From Octopus vulgaris (Eukaryota), in NCBI GenBank assembly GCA_951406725.2, contig OX597827.1, positions 74,338,001 through 74,402,000 of the forward strand: DNA of 64,000 nucleotides, written 5' to 3'. Below, piece after piece: positions 40,121 to 55,349 of this stretch. Within the stretch, counting starts at the first letter, position 1, and each line of letters begins with the position of its first letter. Position numbers and translations under genes: made by a program. Below the pieces are notes generated by a model. It was not told the DNA's origin. It saw only the letters and a program-made list of their open reading frames with translations, and did not search any database.

Positions 40121-41081
40121 GAAATATCTGTCATCTTTCGAACTTATTTCGTATAACAATTAATACATTCTTTTATTATTTGTTTATTTATATTTATATA
40201 TATAAAATCTTTATCTTAAGTTGAAAATTATTTCAAACCGCACAAAAGATACAATTATTTTACTTTTTCATAAATTAATTCAATAACATGCCTTCTCTTT
40301 TAAAGGTCTGCCTTGAGTCAGTCTGAGAATCATTCTTATGCCTCTGAGCGTGTATGATAGTTTGTGTGTATGTAGATGTGTGGTTACTTACAATGCACTC
40401 ATGCTCACGAACACAAAATCACAAATACAGGCAGGCATATGAGTATATATACACAACCACACAGATACACACACACATACACACACTTCGTTTATTCTCC
40501 CCTCCCCCTCTCTTATAAGCTACTCCTCATCTACATGCACTCATACAAGCATACCTAAACACAGGCGTAGGAATAATTCTCAGACAGACTCAGAGAGAGA
40601 AATTTAAAACAAAGGAAATGTCATTGATGAGGTCAAGAATAGCAACGAAATCACCTTGACACACAAGCAAACGATTGCTTAACGAACACATAAAACAAAC
40701 GATCGGTTAGTTAGTTTGTTACGTATGTTTACTGGGGCAATGACCCTCCCAACACAAGATTCGTTTCCACACACGAATTCGAATCAAGAGTGTTGCAATC
40801 CGCATACAAAAATAAAGTATTTTACAAAATACTTTTTAAAAAATCAATTCGATGTCAAGAGGCTTAGATGAAAATAAGTATCGTTTTAGTAATATGGTGT
40901 CTTTTGAAAATACGTTTTCTTAAAGTTTTTTCAATAAACAAATTGTTTCGATGATAAGATGTGTGATAAATAGTCGTTTGATAATAGGTTTTGGTATCAC
41001 TGATAATGCATGACATGAAATACCACAAATACATTTGAATAAACAACTAGAAATCGCTCTTAATGTGAGAAATCAACATAC

Positions 41082-41225
41082 CAAGTAACTTAATACGATA
41101 AACTCCAGCTTTCCCACGAATATACAATTGGTTAGCCTCTACGTCACCGGTACAAATTGTTTTATTTGTGTTTGGTTTTAGATTGCATTCCATTCCTCGT
41201 GGAAAGGAAACTTTCATTGTTGAAT
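41082..41225 (-). CDS. Host gene exon D: C-terminal half of a divergent lectin/discoidin-like module
   Basis: ttctctctag|...|gtatgt, 144 bp, phase 1-1; DSTMKVSFPRGMECNLKPNTNKTICTGDVEANQLYIRGKAGVYRIKLL. Confidence 0.8.
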
Positions 41226-41808
41226 CTAGAGAGAACAGAATATACAATATACATAAAAATAGGTCAGTAAATGTCAGGTTTAAGTAAACATAAAGACAAC
41301 ATATGTGTGTATGTATGGTGCGCGTGCGTCTGCGTGTGTGTGCGTATTTATTAAAGTAAATAGTATTGCTAGAAATAAGAGTCAAATCAACTCAATAGTC
41401 ACACATACACATATATTTATATATATGCAGGGATACGTATGTATCCACATCAGTGTATATGTCACGAGATCTACTTCACAGCCCTTAACTGCTCCTTTAA
41501 AAACTGAAAATTACCATCTTCATCATCAACATCATTGTATCAGCTGCCTTTTAATATATATGGTATATTTAGCACCCTGTCAGCCAGATCCATGACTACA
41601 TTTCGATACTAATTTGCTGTGATTTCATTTTTCTGACATTATCAATGCACTTGAGTAAGTATGACTCTTGCAGTGTCCTTTCTGCTAAATATTTTGGGCT
41701 TTTTATGTCTGCATAGAGAAAACTATTAAATACCACCGACTATTTTTCTTAGACGTGCTCTGAAATCAGCCGACATTCGTGAAATTGATAAATATATTGA
41801 TGAAAGGA

Positions 41809-41841
<33 letters not shown>

Positions 41842-42312
41842 CAAATGGTATGGAAAGGTGTACCTTTGCACTGAAATACTTGCATTATTAACATTATTTT
41901 AGGTGGCGAGCTAGCATTTATTCCGGCGCTTTCCTCTTAAATTCTGCCGAGCCCGACTTCGCCTCTAATTCTTCTGGGGTCGATAAAATAAGAACCACCC
42001 TGCACTAATTCCAGTTTGGATTTTACACAAACTTGTAAGAATCTACGTATATACCACGTTGCCAATAATTTCAGAGATTCTGCTCACTTGGAATGATCGT
42101 TATAAATTTTCTCATGAGCATTAAAAAACCTGCTCAGTCAACTTGAACCAATATTTTGATACTTTCATAAAATAATATTATATTGTCATTCAGTTGATAA
42201 TATCTGAATACTGTGTATTTAAAACGAATTAATTTCGATTTATTGTCATGAAAAATATAACCACAACAATCATTATCAACAATATAATAGAATATGAAAT
42301 GTTGTTTCTCAC

Positions 42313-42462
42313 CTGTAAAATTACTGTAAATTTCTACAGTACTAAATCTGTATGTGTTTCTGAATCGTATTATTATTTGGGGTTTCACTGCCTGTTTGTT
42401 ATCAGAGGAAAATAAATAGGAATACCTGCTCGACTCGTTCTTTATGAATTCATGATATTTTC
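42313..42462 (-). CDS. Host gene exon C: N-terminal half of a divergent lectin/discoidin-like module
   Basis: ttctttatatacag|...|gtgaga, 150 bp, phase 1-1; KYHEFIKNESSRYSYLFSSDNKQAVKPQIIIRFRNTYRFSTVEIYSNFT. Confidence 0.78.
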
Positions 42463-43130
42463 CTGTATATAAAGAAATAAGTTTAGATTATAAAACTGAA
42501 AAATCGGAAAATGAATGCGAATAGCAACAAACGTGAACAAGTGTTCAGATAAGTAATGGCATATTTTACAAACAAAAGAGATTTTTTACATTTGAATTAC
42601 AACAAATATTAACGCTAAGAAACTACAAGTTTTATTCTGATTATAGAAAAAGATTACAAATATTGTAAAAATCTTTTATTTCCCGAAGATGCAGCTGTAT
42701 TGGTCTTGGTGTATATACTCGAAGGAACAGTCTCTATTCAGTTTATATTTACATTGTGAAAGAAAATACAAAACAATCCTTCCATCACTACGTTATAGTG
42801 GAAACATGTGGTGAGATTGTGAGATCTAATACACTGAAGAAGGAAGGCGCTGAGCTGGGAGAAACGTTATCACGTCGAACAAAATGCTTAACAGCATTTC
42901 GTCTCCTAAAACGGTGAGGTAGGGGAATCGTAAGAATGTCGCGCACGAAGGGCTTAACGGTATTTCATCCGTTTCTGAGTTCAATTTCCATTTTACTTTT
43001 CATCCATTTGAGGTCGTTAAGCTATCAGTTGATTACTGAGATCAATATTATCAACTTCCCAAGAAATAGTTGCACCTGTACCAGAATTTGAAACCTATAT
43101 ATTTATATAAAAATGAAATGAATATATATA

Positions 43131-43166
<36 letters not shown>

Positions 43167-43230
43167 TGTATGTATGTATGTATGTATGTTTGTATGTATG
43201 TATGTATGTATGTATGTGTGTGTATGTATG

Positions 43231-43312
<82 letters not shown>

Positions 43313-46295
43313 TATATACATACATATATGTACATACCTACATATACATGCATATATAGGTACAGGACATCAAAAAATCGTTCAACACAATGAGAAACTT
43401 TAACATAAAAACAAAAACAGAAAACGAACATATTTTTTCGAACAACGAGAAAAACAAACAGAGAAACGAGACATGACTACGCGTAATTGATTGGTCAGCT
43501 GCAATATTTTGAGCTCTTTTCTTTTATTTTAGACTTACTCTTCTTGTCCTGTACTTTTCAGGTTTAGTAAGTACTTAAGAATATTGTTAATCTTGCTCAC
43601 ATTTTTCAATTTAACATATATTAAAGAAAAAATAATTTCATTTTCCGCAAATAGTTACAATATTTTTTAAATGACTTTTGTGAATGTTATAATTTTCTCC
43701 TTTTGACATTTGATAGACGTTACTCTTAACTTACTTTAGATGCAAATTGCGCGTAATTTTGTTTCCAGCTGTTAGTTCAGTGCGAAAACGGACATTTTCG
43801 CCATATTTTGCTTTTTTAAAAGGCAAGAGAGCTACTGAGAAAGAAATGTACGAAGTTTATGGTGTTGAAGGCACGTCAGAATTTGTTTTTTCACCCAAAA
43901 TTGATCAACGTTCTGGTCGACCTGCTGTGACGATAATGACCGAATGAAAACCATAATTGAATCTGATTGTCATATAAATGTGCGAAAGATTTCAGAGATT
44001 ACATCGACCCCAGTACTCAACTGGTACTTATTTCATCGTTCCCGAATCGGACGGTAAAATGTAAAGTAAACAACAGGGAAATTAGAATTCAGAAGGTGAA
44101 GTCGAAAGAAATATTACTGAGCAATTTTGTCCGGTGCCCTGTCGATTCTACTTGGTTACCGCCTTACAACAACAACAACAACAACAACAACTGCAATAAT
44201 AACGCTTTCAAATTTCGATAAAAAGGCCAGTAATTTCAGGAAGTTGTTAAGTCGATTACATCGAGAATAATGATGGTGATGATGATAATCTCTTTATCAA
44301 TCACAAATAGTTGGCAAAATCAACTAATTTGCTGAAAAGCAGCATTTTCTGCTCCCATCTTCCATGTTTAAGTGACAATGAAAAACTTGATATCGTCTTG
44401 GCCAAAAGCGAATCTCGTCCACCACATATTCTCTTCCGCTAGAATTAGCAGGTAGATTCAAAACATCCCATCTTTCCCGGTCCAAGGTAAGGCATAATGA
44501 TGATATTCACAATGAATTCAGATGATTACATGATCCACTTATTGTGACAGTAAGCCATGACTCCCACATAACTCCACGTATGAGCAATGCTCAGGGCTCG
44601 ACGAGTGCATCTAGAGCAGTTCCCTGCGCATCTCGAACAGAACAGCTGATATCGGGTTTGAGAGTTTATCTCAAATTGGCAAATCATCCCCAGTCCTTCG
44701 GGACCACCGCCAAGTCATGGATTACTTGAAACTATACATTGCTCCCGGCCCGAAAATTTCTTCGACCAGCAAATTATTTCTCCATCACAAATCTTCCTAG
44801 AGCAGCAACGTGCAACTTCCATCTAACGTATTGCTCGACATGTAGAGGGTGTTGAGCACCTGATGATATTCCAGATGCCCATTGTCTTCCCTCGATTTTC
44901 GCTTGACGTAGAACTGCAGTTTTGCCAATAAAAAAACTGTAGAACATAGTGACCACACTTGTTCAAAATCAAAAAAATTATTGATCACGTAGCCTCAGTG
45001 TTGGCCACCGTATCATTCTACATGACATGCCCTCTCCACTATATACTATGTGCAAATAGCAAATGGATCATTTGTCCACTGGAAAACATTCTCTCCACAA
45101 AAAGCGGAAGAACAGTTATTTCACTCTTGTGAAACGTGAACTGATGCATGGAAAAATGTTCAGGCACGCTGCCCGACCTTTTAGAGATGGCTTCCTATAA
45201 ATTATTTTATTCAATATCATAAATTTCACACAGAAATTTAGCCTTCAAGCGCATGAAGTTTGTTAATTGACTGGAAGCTCCTCTTATAGATTCTCAGATG
45301 AGAGGTCGGTCATCCCCGAAATAGACTTGTAAGGGGACTACCAGATATTTTTTCAGTTTGTTTAAGATTACAATAGGATATTTCTGTGAAACTGTGAGTA
45401 CACTTAAACTGCTGAAATATATATACTTAGGTGGTTATGGACTTCAAGGAGACCCAAACATGGCCGCCATCTACTAACCGGCAAATGTCTTACTGAATAA
45501 AAGACAATATATACCATATTTAAATTGAAATACTGTTTCATATAATTATAAGTTCAATAATCTTCTTATTGGATGTGCGTCTTTAGTTACAATTTGAGTA
45601 TTGCTAAAGCTTTACATATGTACATATTTATATTTAAACATCGCGCATAATGTATGGGAGTTAGTGAACACTACACAGATGCCGTACTCTGTGTAAGGAA
45701 GACCCCTAAAAGACGTATCATGTTACAAAAGACACCATATTTCAAAGTATCAAAGTATACAAACGAAATCTTTAACGGGGTTTCTGTTGGGGGAAAGATG
45801 ACAACTCTGTAGCGATTACTAACGCAAATACACTCATATGTGATACTGATAGCGTTTACAATATTAGCATGTACAAGCGCAAAATTTGAAGTTTGTATTC
45901 CTTGTGCGACGCTTTTTTACACCAGCAATTAGATGATATGTAATTTGCCATTAAATCCTGGCTGAATAATTTTAAAGATGGGCCTCCTCACCGCTTGTCA
46001 AAGTATCTGTAATAGGACAAAAGTTTATTCTAGAGACTCACTACATTACGTTCAATGACAATGTTCGATACAAATCAGTGACCACGATGGGAACGAAAAC
46101 AAACCCCATCTTCACAAATCTAGTTATAAAATATCTAAGGATTGTGATGTACCAAAAATTATTGCGAATATATAGACACTGTTTATTCAAATGTATACAA
46201 GAAACTTGAAAACACTTCCACGAAAGCTTCATTCTATGGAATGAAAATAGAGAGAAATTATAGAATTTGGAACATTACCCAAAGGGGTTAGCAAA

Positions 46296-47040
<745 letters not shown>

Positions 47041-47099
47041 GTTGACTACGATTTACCACGTAATATAAACATAACCAACTCCCATTTCTAAGCATCCCA

Positions 47100-47960
47100 A
47101 TATTGAAAATCAAGTACAAAATAGTGATAAAATTTGACTATAAAAGTACAAACAATATCTTCCGTTCACTTCATGTCTTGCGCAATAAACGGGAATAGAA
47201 TCCCTTATAACCTCACCAAAAGGTAATAAATCCGTGTCATAAATCTTTAAGGAATGAAGCATAATTTCCTTGACAAGAATTACTCACCATCCTTATTTGG
47301 TAATGAAATACAACGAACCACAAAATACAATACCTAGGAATCCAGACAAACAAAACATAGAAGTATGACGGAATTGAAAATCCTATTATATATTTGCACA
47401 TACAATCCCCAAAACAATGAAGCTTATATCATATTTCAAAACACACTGTTACGGAAAACGATCCCAGCTTGAACCAAATTTTTTAAGCATATATAATCAT
47501 AAAAAGCAAAAAGAAAAGCAACCGAATCAACGAAGAAAATAACAAAGATCAGATTTCAAACAATAACAACAGAACAAACAGTTGAGAAAAAAAAACGGCA
47601 AGAACCAACTGTGCTATATTTTATAATCAGACAGATGGGTCAAAAATACATTTTAAGCAAGGAAACGTTTTCTCAATAAAGGAATAACTTAACCTAATCT
47701 ATGAAATTGCATGCTCATAATACGGAGAGCATTACAATGGAGAAATGGGAGAGTCCTTCAGGTAACACCTAACTTTTGATAGATCACAAATTAACATACA
47801 AGAATACAGTTAAATAGAACTCCGTGAATATACAGACACATTTGCAAATAAGACACACCAAACTTACGATTTTCTCAATATGAAATCAGCGATTGTACAA
47901 CATAATAACAAGGCATCAACAAGGAAACATCTTTCGTAACTAAACATTGATCCAAGAGAG
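47100..47960 (+). mobile_element. Highly decayed Penelope-like (GIY-YIG) remnant
   Basis: Degenerate NLIYEIAC..YGEHYNGEMG near 47690-47750. Confidence 0.45.
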
Positions 47961-48399
47961 AAAGGGAGACAACTACATCCAGTTCTGCTGAAACTTTTCC
48001 TGAAGTTTCCAATACACCCATATCTACTACATCCAGAAGCAATGAAGCCTCTGCTATAGCTAACAGGCACTCCTGCTGCTGCTATGGCATATCAACAACC
48101 AGGAGGAGACGAAATTTCAGCACCCTGTGATTTTGCTAAGAAAAGTTTGAATGTTTCCGGAACTGAATCCAAGGAATAACGATTTAATTTAATCTGTGTC
48201 ACTTAATTTTCCTTTTTGTTTCAGTATAATTAAATCGTTTTTAAGTAATGCAAATCCATAGCATATTTTCATAAGAATACAATACTAGTTCTATCCACGA
48301 GAAAGTCCTAAAAGCATTCATTTCTTGTTATTCATTTCTTAATAATATACATACACACATACACACACTCACAAACACATACTTGCACACACACACATG

Positions 48400-48509
<110 letters not shown>

Positions 48510-48529
48510 CCCTGCATAAAAGGGAAAGG

Positions 48530-49270
48530 TTTCATACAGGGTACTTCTGGATCGTCTGCTGAAGTACGTTGCAGATTGTGTTCTTCCAGAAAGTCAATTT
48601 GGCTTTCGTGTGGGACGCGGCACTGCTGATGTGATCTTCTCAGCTAGACAGCTTCAGGAGAAGTGTGAGGAACAGTGGCTGGATTTCTATCAGGTTTTTG
48701 TTGATCTCACAAAAGCCTTCGATACCGTAAATAGAAATGCACGATGGAAAGTCCTCCAGAAACTTGGTTGTCCTGAAAAGGTCCTTGCTCTGGTAAGGTC
48801 TTTTCATGAAGACATGAATGGTAGGGTTAATGTTAGACGTAAAATGCCGGAGCATATCTATGGCATTAAGTGGGAGGACTGCATCAGTGATCTTCAGGTC
48901 TCGGTGTGAAAGTATAGAAGCTCTTGTGTTTTAGCAAAGGCCTACAGGGAGTGGTTATCTGGTCAGGATGTAAGATTCAAGGATGCCAAAACAACTCTTT
49001 TATGGAGAGTTAGCTAAAGGAGAACGACCTCCACATAAACCAAAAAAGAGGTATAAAAAGTAAGCCACCGCTGCTGGTGGTGCTACACACCATACTAATC
49101 ACATCTGTCAGGCATGTGGAAGGGAGTGTAATTCGGCGGGAAGACTTAAACGACATGCAAAAGTACATGAAGCCCAGCTACAACTACAGCCGGCTATTGC
49201 CGGTAAAGGTTTTAGCTGCCAATTCTGCTCCAGAACAAAACACCAGTTGCGTACAAAGCAGCCATTGATG
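48530..49270 (+). mobile_element. RTE (BovB-like) LINE remnant, internally deleted
   Basis: LPESQFGFR.GRGTADVIFSARQLQEKC...VFVDLTKAFDTVNR...KLGCPEK. Confidence 0.85.
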
Positions 49271-49320
49271 AAGTAAATAAATGAGGGAATAAGAAAATGA
49301 ATTATGTCAGCAACCTTATT

Positions 49321-49381
49321 AGCTTACAGCTGTTTTTTTCTATAAGATGCACTGGCATCAGATTATAGCTTCATCGGAGCT
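49321..49381 (-). ncRNA. Degenerate hammerhead motif
   Basis: AGCU-CCGAUGA-AG-CUAUAA...UUAUAG-(A run replacing GAA)-ACAGCUGU-A-AGCU; core is mutated. Confidence 0.55.
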
Positions 49382-49484
49382 CTAAAAGTTATGCGCAATT
49401 TTGCTTAGAGAAGCATTTCCACATACCCACACACGCACGCACATATAACACACAGAAATACGTATACATATTCATTTTTATATG

Positions 49485-49558
<74 letters not shown>

Positions 49559-49669
49559 TGTGCGTGTGTGTGAGGTACAGAAAGCATTATCATCGAAAAA
49601 TCGTAAGCATATGTAGGACGTGAAGTAAGAAGTTTTAGTAGCAGAAAGAGTAAAGAAAATATGTATATA

Positions 49670-49705
49670 CTAGCGCTAACCCGGCCTCCTCCCCGGTCTG
49701 TACTG
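49670..49705 (-). mobile_element. Helitron-like 3' terminus
   Basis: Reverse complement CCGGGGAGGAGGCCGGGTTAGCGCTAG|T (GC hairpin plus CTAG). Confidence 0.5.
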
Positions 49706-50116
49706 TACTCAAATGTATACCTTATACTTATCAGTCAGATCGTAGTTAAATGCTATTAGTCGCCAGTTTTCACGACAAATAGGTCTACATTGCAGCCTGA
49801 CTTGTTGCCTTAATCTTTCTCGTTCTCTCGAGTGGGCATTTCTGTACTACGCGCATTGCAGCACTACGGGTGTTACTTTAAATAAAGAGCAATAAAATAG
49901 CTGTGTATTGTTTCATTGTTTTATGATTTTATTTAACGTATTATTTGATTTATTTATTATTTTAAACTTAATTTTATTTTTGATTCAGTCATTTTATTTC
50001 TTATAAGAAAAGTGTTCATTTAACTCAAGATTTTTCCTATATTTGAGTAGCTACAGAAAAATACCAGAGTGCATAAGCGAAATGGAGATTAAAGAGCGAA
50101 GTATCTTTTGATAAGC

Positions 50117-50212
50117 TATCTGACGAGGCCACATCTGCACAGAATGATGCACCACAGCTATTTGTACACCGTCTCACCTGCGACGGAGCGATGGGTCGAA
50201 ACGGTTGTAGTG
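50117..50212 (+). ncRNA. Type I hammerhead ribozyme motif with canonical core
   Basis: UAU-CUGACGA-GGCC-[63 nt]-GGUC-GAA-ACGGUUGU-A-GUG; lies upstream of a same-strand PLE remnant. Confidence 0.72.
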
Positions 50213-50499
50213 ATAAACAAAGTATCTGCTGAATTCCATTTTCTTTCTCTTTCTCTTTTATCTTATAAATTCTAGGGACACAAAGGAATACTTGAAGTAA
50301 ATTCAGTGGCATTTCTACTCAAATTATTGTTGACATTACGTAATCAAATACAGTGAACAGGCTTTAAACTGCATACTACCAGAGATATACCCAAATTGAA
50401 AATGTTTATCTTTACATATGTGTGTGTATGTGTGAGTGTGTGTGTGCGTGTACATTTTAACTAGTCTGGTCCTCTTCTGCTCTCATCATTTCTGATAAT

Positions 50500-51410
50500 T
50501 GGATGATTGATTGCTTTTATCCTATGGTAGAAAACATGGACACTCTAACTGAATTTTAAAACATGTAAAACAACGTAAGCAATAACATCCAATTCACAAT
50601 GGAATTTAACCCCAAATAACTCGCCTTTCTGGTTATCCTACTCTCAAACAAATATGGGAAAATAGAAACAGACATATTCTACAAACCCATTGACTCCAAT
50701 CAATACCTTCTTTTCACATTATGTCACCCGAAACACACCAAACTCAACATTCCCTTCAACCTGGCAAAATGAAGTTGTACCTTGGTATAAGAACCATCGA
50801 AACATGAACATAAACTAGCAGAACTGAAGGTCACACTTATCCAAAGAGCCTTCCCTCGTGGCAAAATGACCAACGGAATAAACAAGGCAACACAAATGGA
50901 TATCGATGAATTTGGGAAAACAAAAGGCAAATGAGAAAAATCTGAGAAAAACAACAAATCATCAAAATCAAAAGGCAACCCAAAACACTAAAACTCATTC
51001 TCACGCAAAGAAACCCCCAACCCAACGGTCACAAAATGCAGGAGAATGAACTACGGTACTAACCGTTACGTTATTTAGGGGCCAGAATTTAAATACAAAG
51101 ACGGCCAAACCTTCAAAGTTAAATCCAATCTCACCTGCAACACAGAAAACCTGATCTACATTGGTTGCTAGCGTAATTACGTAGGTCAGGCGGGAGGATC
51201 GTTACGCAACACAATGACGGCTCATCACCAATAGATCGGCGACAAAATCACGAAGACAATTAATTCAAGTAGTTACATTGCAACCTGTGCAGGAATAGAA
51301 TTACCCGATTTCAAAGTCTTTCCCCTCTACAAGTGCTCAGATTGTTTCAACCAATAACGAAGACTAAAGGCAATTTATTAACATAAGCCACAATTGAATA
51401 TAAACCCATC
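50500..51410 (+). mobile_element. Penelope-like RT thumb plus GIY-YIG remnant
   Basis: IETDIFYKPIDSNQYLLFTLCHPKHTKLNIPFNLA and LTCNTENLIY...YVGQAG.SLR. Confidence 0.85.
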
Positions 51411-51430
51411 AATTAATAATCAATAAATCA

Positions 51431-51790
51431 CTGGTGTGGCTATGTGGTAAAAAAGCTTGCTTTCCAACCACATTGTTCCGGGTTCAGTTCCTCTCCGTGG
51501 CACCTTGGGTAAATATCTTCTACTATAGCCACAGGTCAACCAAAGACTTGTCAGTGAATTTGATTGACGGAAACTGAAAGAAGCCTGTCGTATATACATA
51601 CATGTATATATTTGTGTGTTTGTGTCTGTGCTTGTCCCCGCACCATCGCTGAACAACCGATCTTAGTGTATTTACGTCCTCGTAACTTAGCGTTTAGGCA
51701 AAAGTGTCCGATAGAATAAGTACCAGGCTTACAAAGAATAAGTCTGGGTCGATTTCTTTGACTAAAAGACGGTGCTGCAGCATGGCCATT
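51431..51790 (+). mobile_element. tRNA-derived SINE
   Basis: GTGGCTATGTGGTAAAAAGCTTGC...GTTCCGGGTTCAGTTCC. Confidence 0.85.
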
Positions 51791-52545
51791 TCACTGTTTC
51801 ATATTCCCATTCCCATTACATATCCCCGTTCCCATTACACTGTTTCATATTCTGTCCCGTTCCCTGTTCAGTTCTCGTTTTAGTTTCGCTCCCATTCCCG
51901 TTCCCAATCCTATGTCAATATACATATTTTAGAATCAGTTAGGTGCAATTAAGCCATTAAATATTTTATTAACCTTTATTGTAATAGTTTAATCACTAAA
52001 AATTTCTATTACAAACTATTAATACGATTACTGGGTGAATAAGGTATGTCTGAGTATTATTTTAACACAAGGATATGTATCTGAGTAAAATAAATGAGTT
52101 GGCCGGTAATACCGGGAAAGCGGGGATTGTTCCCATTTCTCGTTTACCATCACTCTTCCATGCCCTCTCCAGTTTCCTGTTCAATTCGCTTCTTCAGGAC
52201 CAAACCGTTGTCTATGGCAATAGTTTATTGCTAAAAATAGTATTACAAACAATTAATTCCATTAGTCGGGGCGTAAGAACTGTCCCTATATTATTTTTAA
52301 ATAAACGAATATGCATCTGAGTAAAATAAATAATATAAATTGATAGATTTACAAATACTTTGACAAATCGTCTTCGTATTGTAGCTGGCGTTGTCGCGTG
52401 GCGTAGCTTATCATAGCTGATTAGTAAACATGTGCTAGAGCTCTACCCTAGGGACATCAATTATAGATTTTTATTGAAATCTGATTCCCCTATAATTCAA
52501 CTGAATGTTAGTTTAACAGGGATGCACAGTACATTAAATATGTGT

Positions 52546-52995
52546 AGGCGCAGGAGTGGCTGTGTGGTAAGTAGCTTGCTTACCAACCACATAGTTCCGG
52601 GTTCAGTCACACTGCGTGGCACCTTGGCCAAGTGTCTTCTGTTATAGCCTCGGGCAGACAAAGCCTTGTGAGTGAATTTGGTAGAAGCAAACTGAAAGAA
52701 GCCTCCCGTATATATGTATGTGTATATATATATATGAGTGTGTGTGTAGGTGTGTGGGTGCGCGCGTGTGTGTGAGTGTGTGTGTGTGTGTTTGTATATC
52801 TGTGTTTGTTCCCCCAACATTGCTTGACAACTGATGCTGGTGTGTTTAGATCCCCGTAACTTATCGGTTCGGCAAAAGAGACCGATAGAATAAGTACTAG
52901 GCTTACAACGAATAAGTCCTGGGGTCGATTTATTTGCTCGACTAAAGGCGGTGCTCCAGTATAGCTGCAGTCAAATGACTGAAACAAGTAAAATA
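52546..52995 (+). mobile_element. tRNA-derived SINE
   Basis: GGCGCAGGAGTGGCTGTGTGGTAAGTAGCTTGC...GTTCCGGGTTCAGTC, ending in an A-rich tail. Confidence 0.88.
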
Positions 52996-53369
52996 AAAGA
53001 GTTAAAGAGAAAAAGAGATCACTTTAGAATAAAGACCTGTATATTATAAATAACATATATTGTGCATTTCAGTTGATTTATAGGCAAAATATTCCAAATT
53101 AAAATTTTGGTACTTTTTGAGCAAAATTTGATACTTTGATACTGGCAGTTTCATCAAAAGAAGTTTGACAGATCTGATTGAATGAAGAAATTTACAGAGT
53201 GCAACGAAAGGATAGCGGAACGTTTAAGCACATTAATTGAAAACCACACAGAACTCCCAGGTTCGTTGACCAGAGGCAAAATAATGTTGTGCCAGGAAGA
53301 AGCATCAACGGAAAACACTGTCGACAACTTCAAACTAATAACTTGTCTGTCCATCATGTGAAAGCTGTT

Positions 53370-53870
53370 AAGAGGAATACTATATATAAATCAAAGGCAG
53401 AACAAAAAGAACATAACAGGTGGAATCGAAGAAAACACAACATGCCAAAAATAGACGATAACATAACATGAGTGATACCATAGACAATAACATAAAAAGA
53501 TGAAATAAACAGGACGGAATCAAGATAGACGGGCCATTCGCAGCAAAGTTCCTCATCAGTCGGTTTCTTAAAGGTCATTATAGATTCGCACCGCTTTAAT
53601 ACCGAGACTATTCGAATCCAACAAGGTGCCAGGGACTTAAAGGAAAAGCATTAAGCCTCCAGGAAAATCAAACGAATGTATACATCAACAAAACAAAAGC
53701 AGAGAAAATGATGGTACATTACAATACGAAAATATAAATAACAGAGAGGGTCTCTCTACTATCGGACGAATGTAACATTATAAAAACTGCAAGTGCAACA
53801 GAAACAGAATTATACATTTAAAATGGACAAGCGCCTTTCAGCTATACAATAGAAGAAAAATAATTGTCAT
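53370..53870 (-). mobile_element. pLTR-like repeat, same family as 33397-33830
   Basis: Shared CATTCGCAGC, CATTAAGCCTC and ATCGGACGAATGTA blocks. Confidence 0.6.
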
Positions 53871-53871
53871 A

Positions 53872-54110
53872 TATATTTCTTTATTGCCCTCAAGGGGCTA
53901 AACATAGAGGGGACAAACAAGGACAGACAAAGGGATTAAGTCGATTACATCGACCCCAGTGCGAAACTGGTACTTTGTTTATCGACCCCGAAACGATGAA
54001 AGGTAAAGTCGACCTCGGCGGAATTTGAACTCAGAACGTAGCGGCAGAGGAAATACCGCTAAGCATTTCGCCCGACGTGCTAACGATTCTGCCAGTTCGC
54101 CGCCTTAAAA
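53872..54110 (-). mobile_element. SINE, same family as 24630-25220
   Basis: Shared core sequence. Confidence 0.82.
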
Positions 54111-55349
54111 GGTTAGGTTTTTTTAATTATTCCGACGCTCTAACGATTCTGCCAGTTTCTCGTCAAATAATTGTCATATAAATAAATAACAAAAACGCTC
54201 TTATGTATGTGTATAAGCATGTATGTATGTTTCGCAGAATATTACGAGACTGAAAACAGCATCGCACTCCAGTATCTGCTTTGGCATGTATTCTATGATT
54301 GGTTGTCCCGCTTTGTACCAAGCAATTTATAATGTACTGGGTTCTTTTTTTGGGTGGGGATACAGTATTGAGGGATGTGGTTTCTGTCAGATGCTCAGAG
54401 GTATGATAACGGACAGGAACGAGTGTCTTGATGTAGGAGAGATATTTTGCTACCCCTAATGAAAACGAAGGAAGAAATTATGGTGATGAGGAATTAAGGG
54501 TTATCCTCAAGGAACAAGCAAGAATAGAGACAGAAATTCAGAAAGTGTAGGCAAGTAATGGTAAGTTAGCAACTCTGTGAAAAGAGAATGACAAATGGTT
54601 AGTGATGGAGAGAGAGGTGGATCCGGTGAGTGTGGAAAACGTGCAAGCATCGTCAAGGCTGAATATCAGTTGGGGGGGGGATGAAGGGATTAGGAGAGGA
54701 TGAGTGAAGAGAAGGAGGAGGAGGAGGAGGAGATAAGTGATAGAACCAAGTAAAGATGGTGGAAAGCAATAGTATAATGAAACCGGGGATAGATGAGATG
54801 TAGGGTGGTTTTATGATGTATGGGGCTTTCGGAGTCTGAGTTCAGCAGGACGTAGGGATGGAAGTTGCGTATATGTGTGTTTGTGTGTGTTATGTATATA
54901 TGGGTGTATGTGATGTCGCGTGCATGTGTGTATTTCAAGAATGTGTTAAATGTTATTTGTCAGTATACAATAATAGTGTAACATCTTTTCTTTTATAGGA
55001 TTTAAACTGTTGTTTTATGGAAACAAGATTATTAATGTTATGCTGTTCTGCATATCTCAAACTGTCTTATATTAATAAAGTCTAAAAGTGGTTCCAATTT
55101 TTATATATTTCTTACATATTTATGCCTTAATATCATTGCGCGTCTTGGTAAAACTTAGTTAATCAGAATAAAAATGTTGGGAAAGAAACTCACGCTTTAA
55201 ACAATTGTACTTATTATCAGAAATGCGTAGCTGTATGTTCGGACAACTCACTTTGAATGAAATTCTAATTTAAATAGTGTATATCAGAATGTAATCTTCA
55301 GCAATCCTGCTATTATTTTACATAAAATTTTAACAATCATTTTACTTAC

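Noticed and set aside
44290-45500. Complex non-repetitive-looking block with short ORFs
   Set aside because: Probably an old TE remnant, but no motif I can name
46050-46233. Possible exon after a good acceptor (ttttcattccatag)
   Set aside because: No domain-like peptide and no frame-preserving phase-1 reading; a UTR exon cannot be excluded
47288-47382. Possible minus-strand exon ending ATG|GTGAGT
   Set aside because: 95 bp breaks the phase-1 pattern and it lies antisense within a PLE-like remnant
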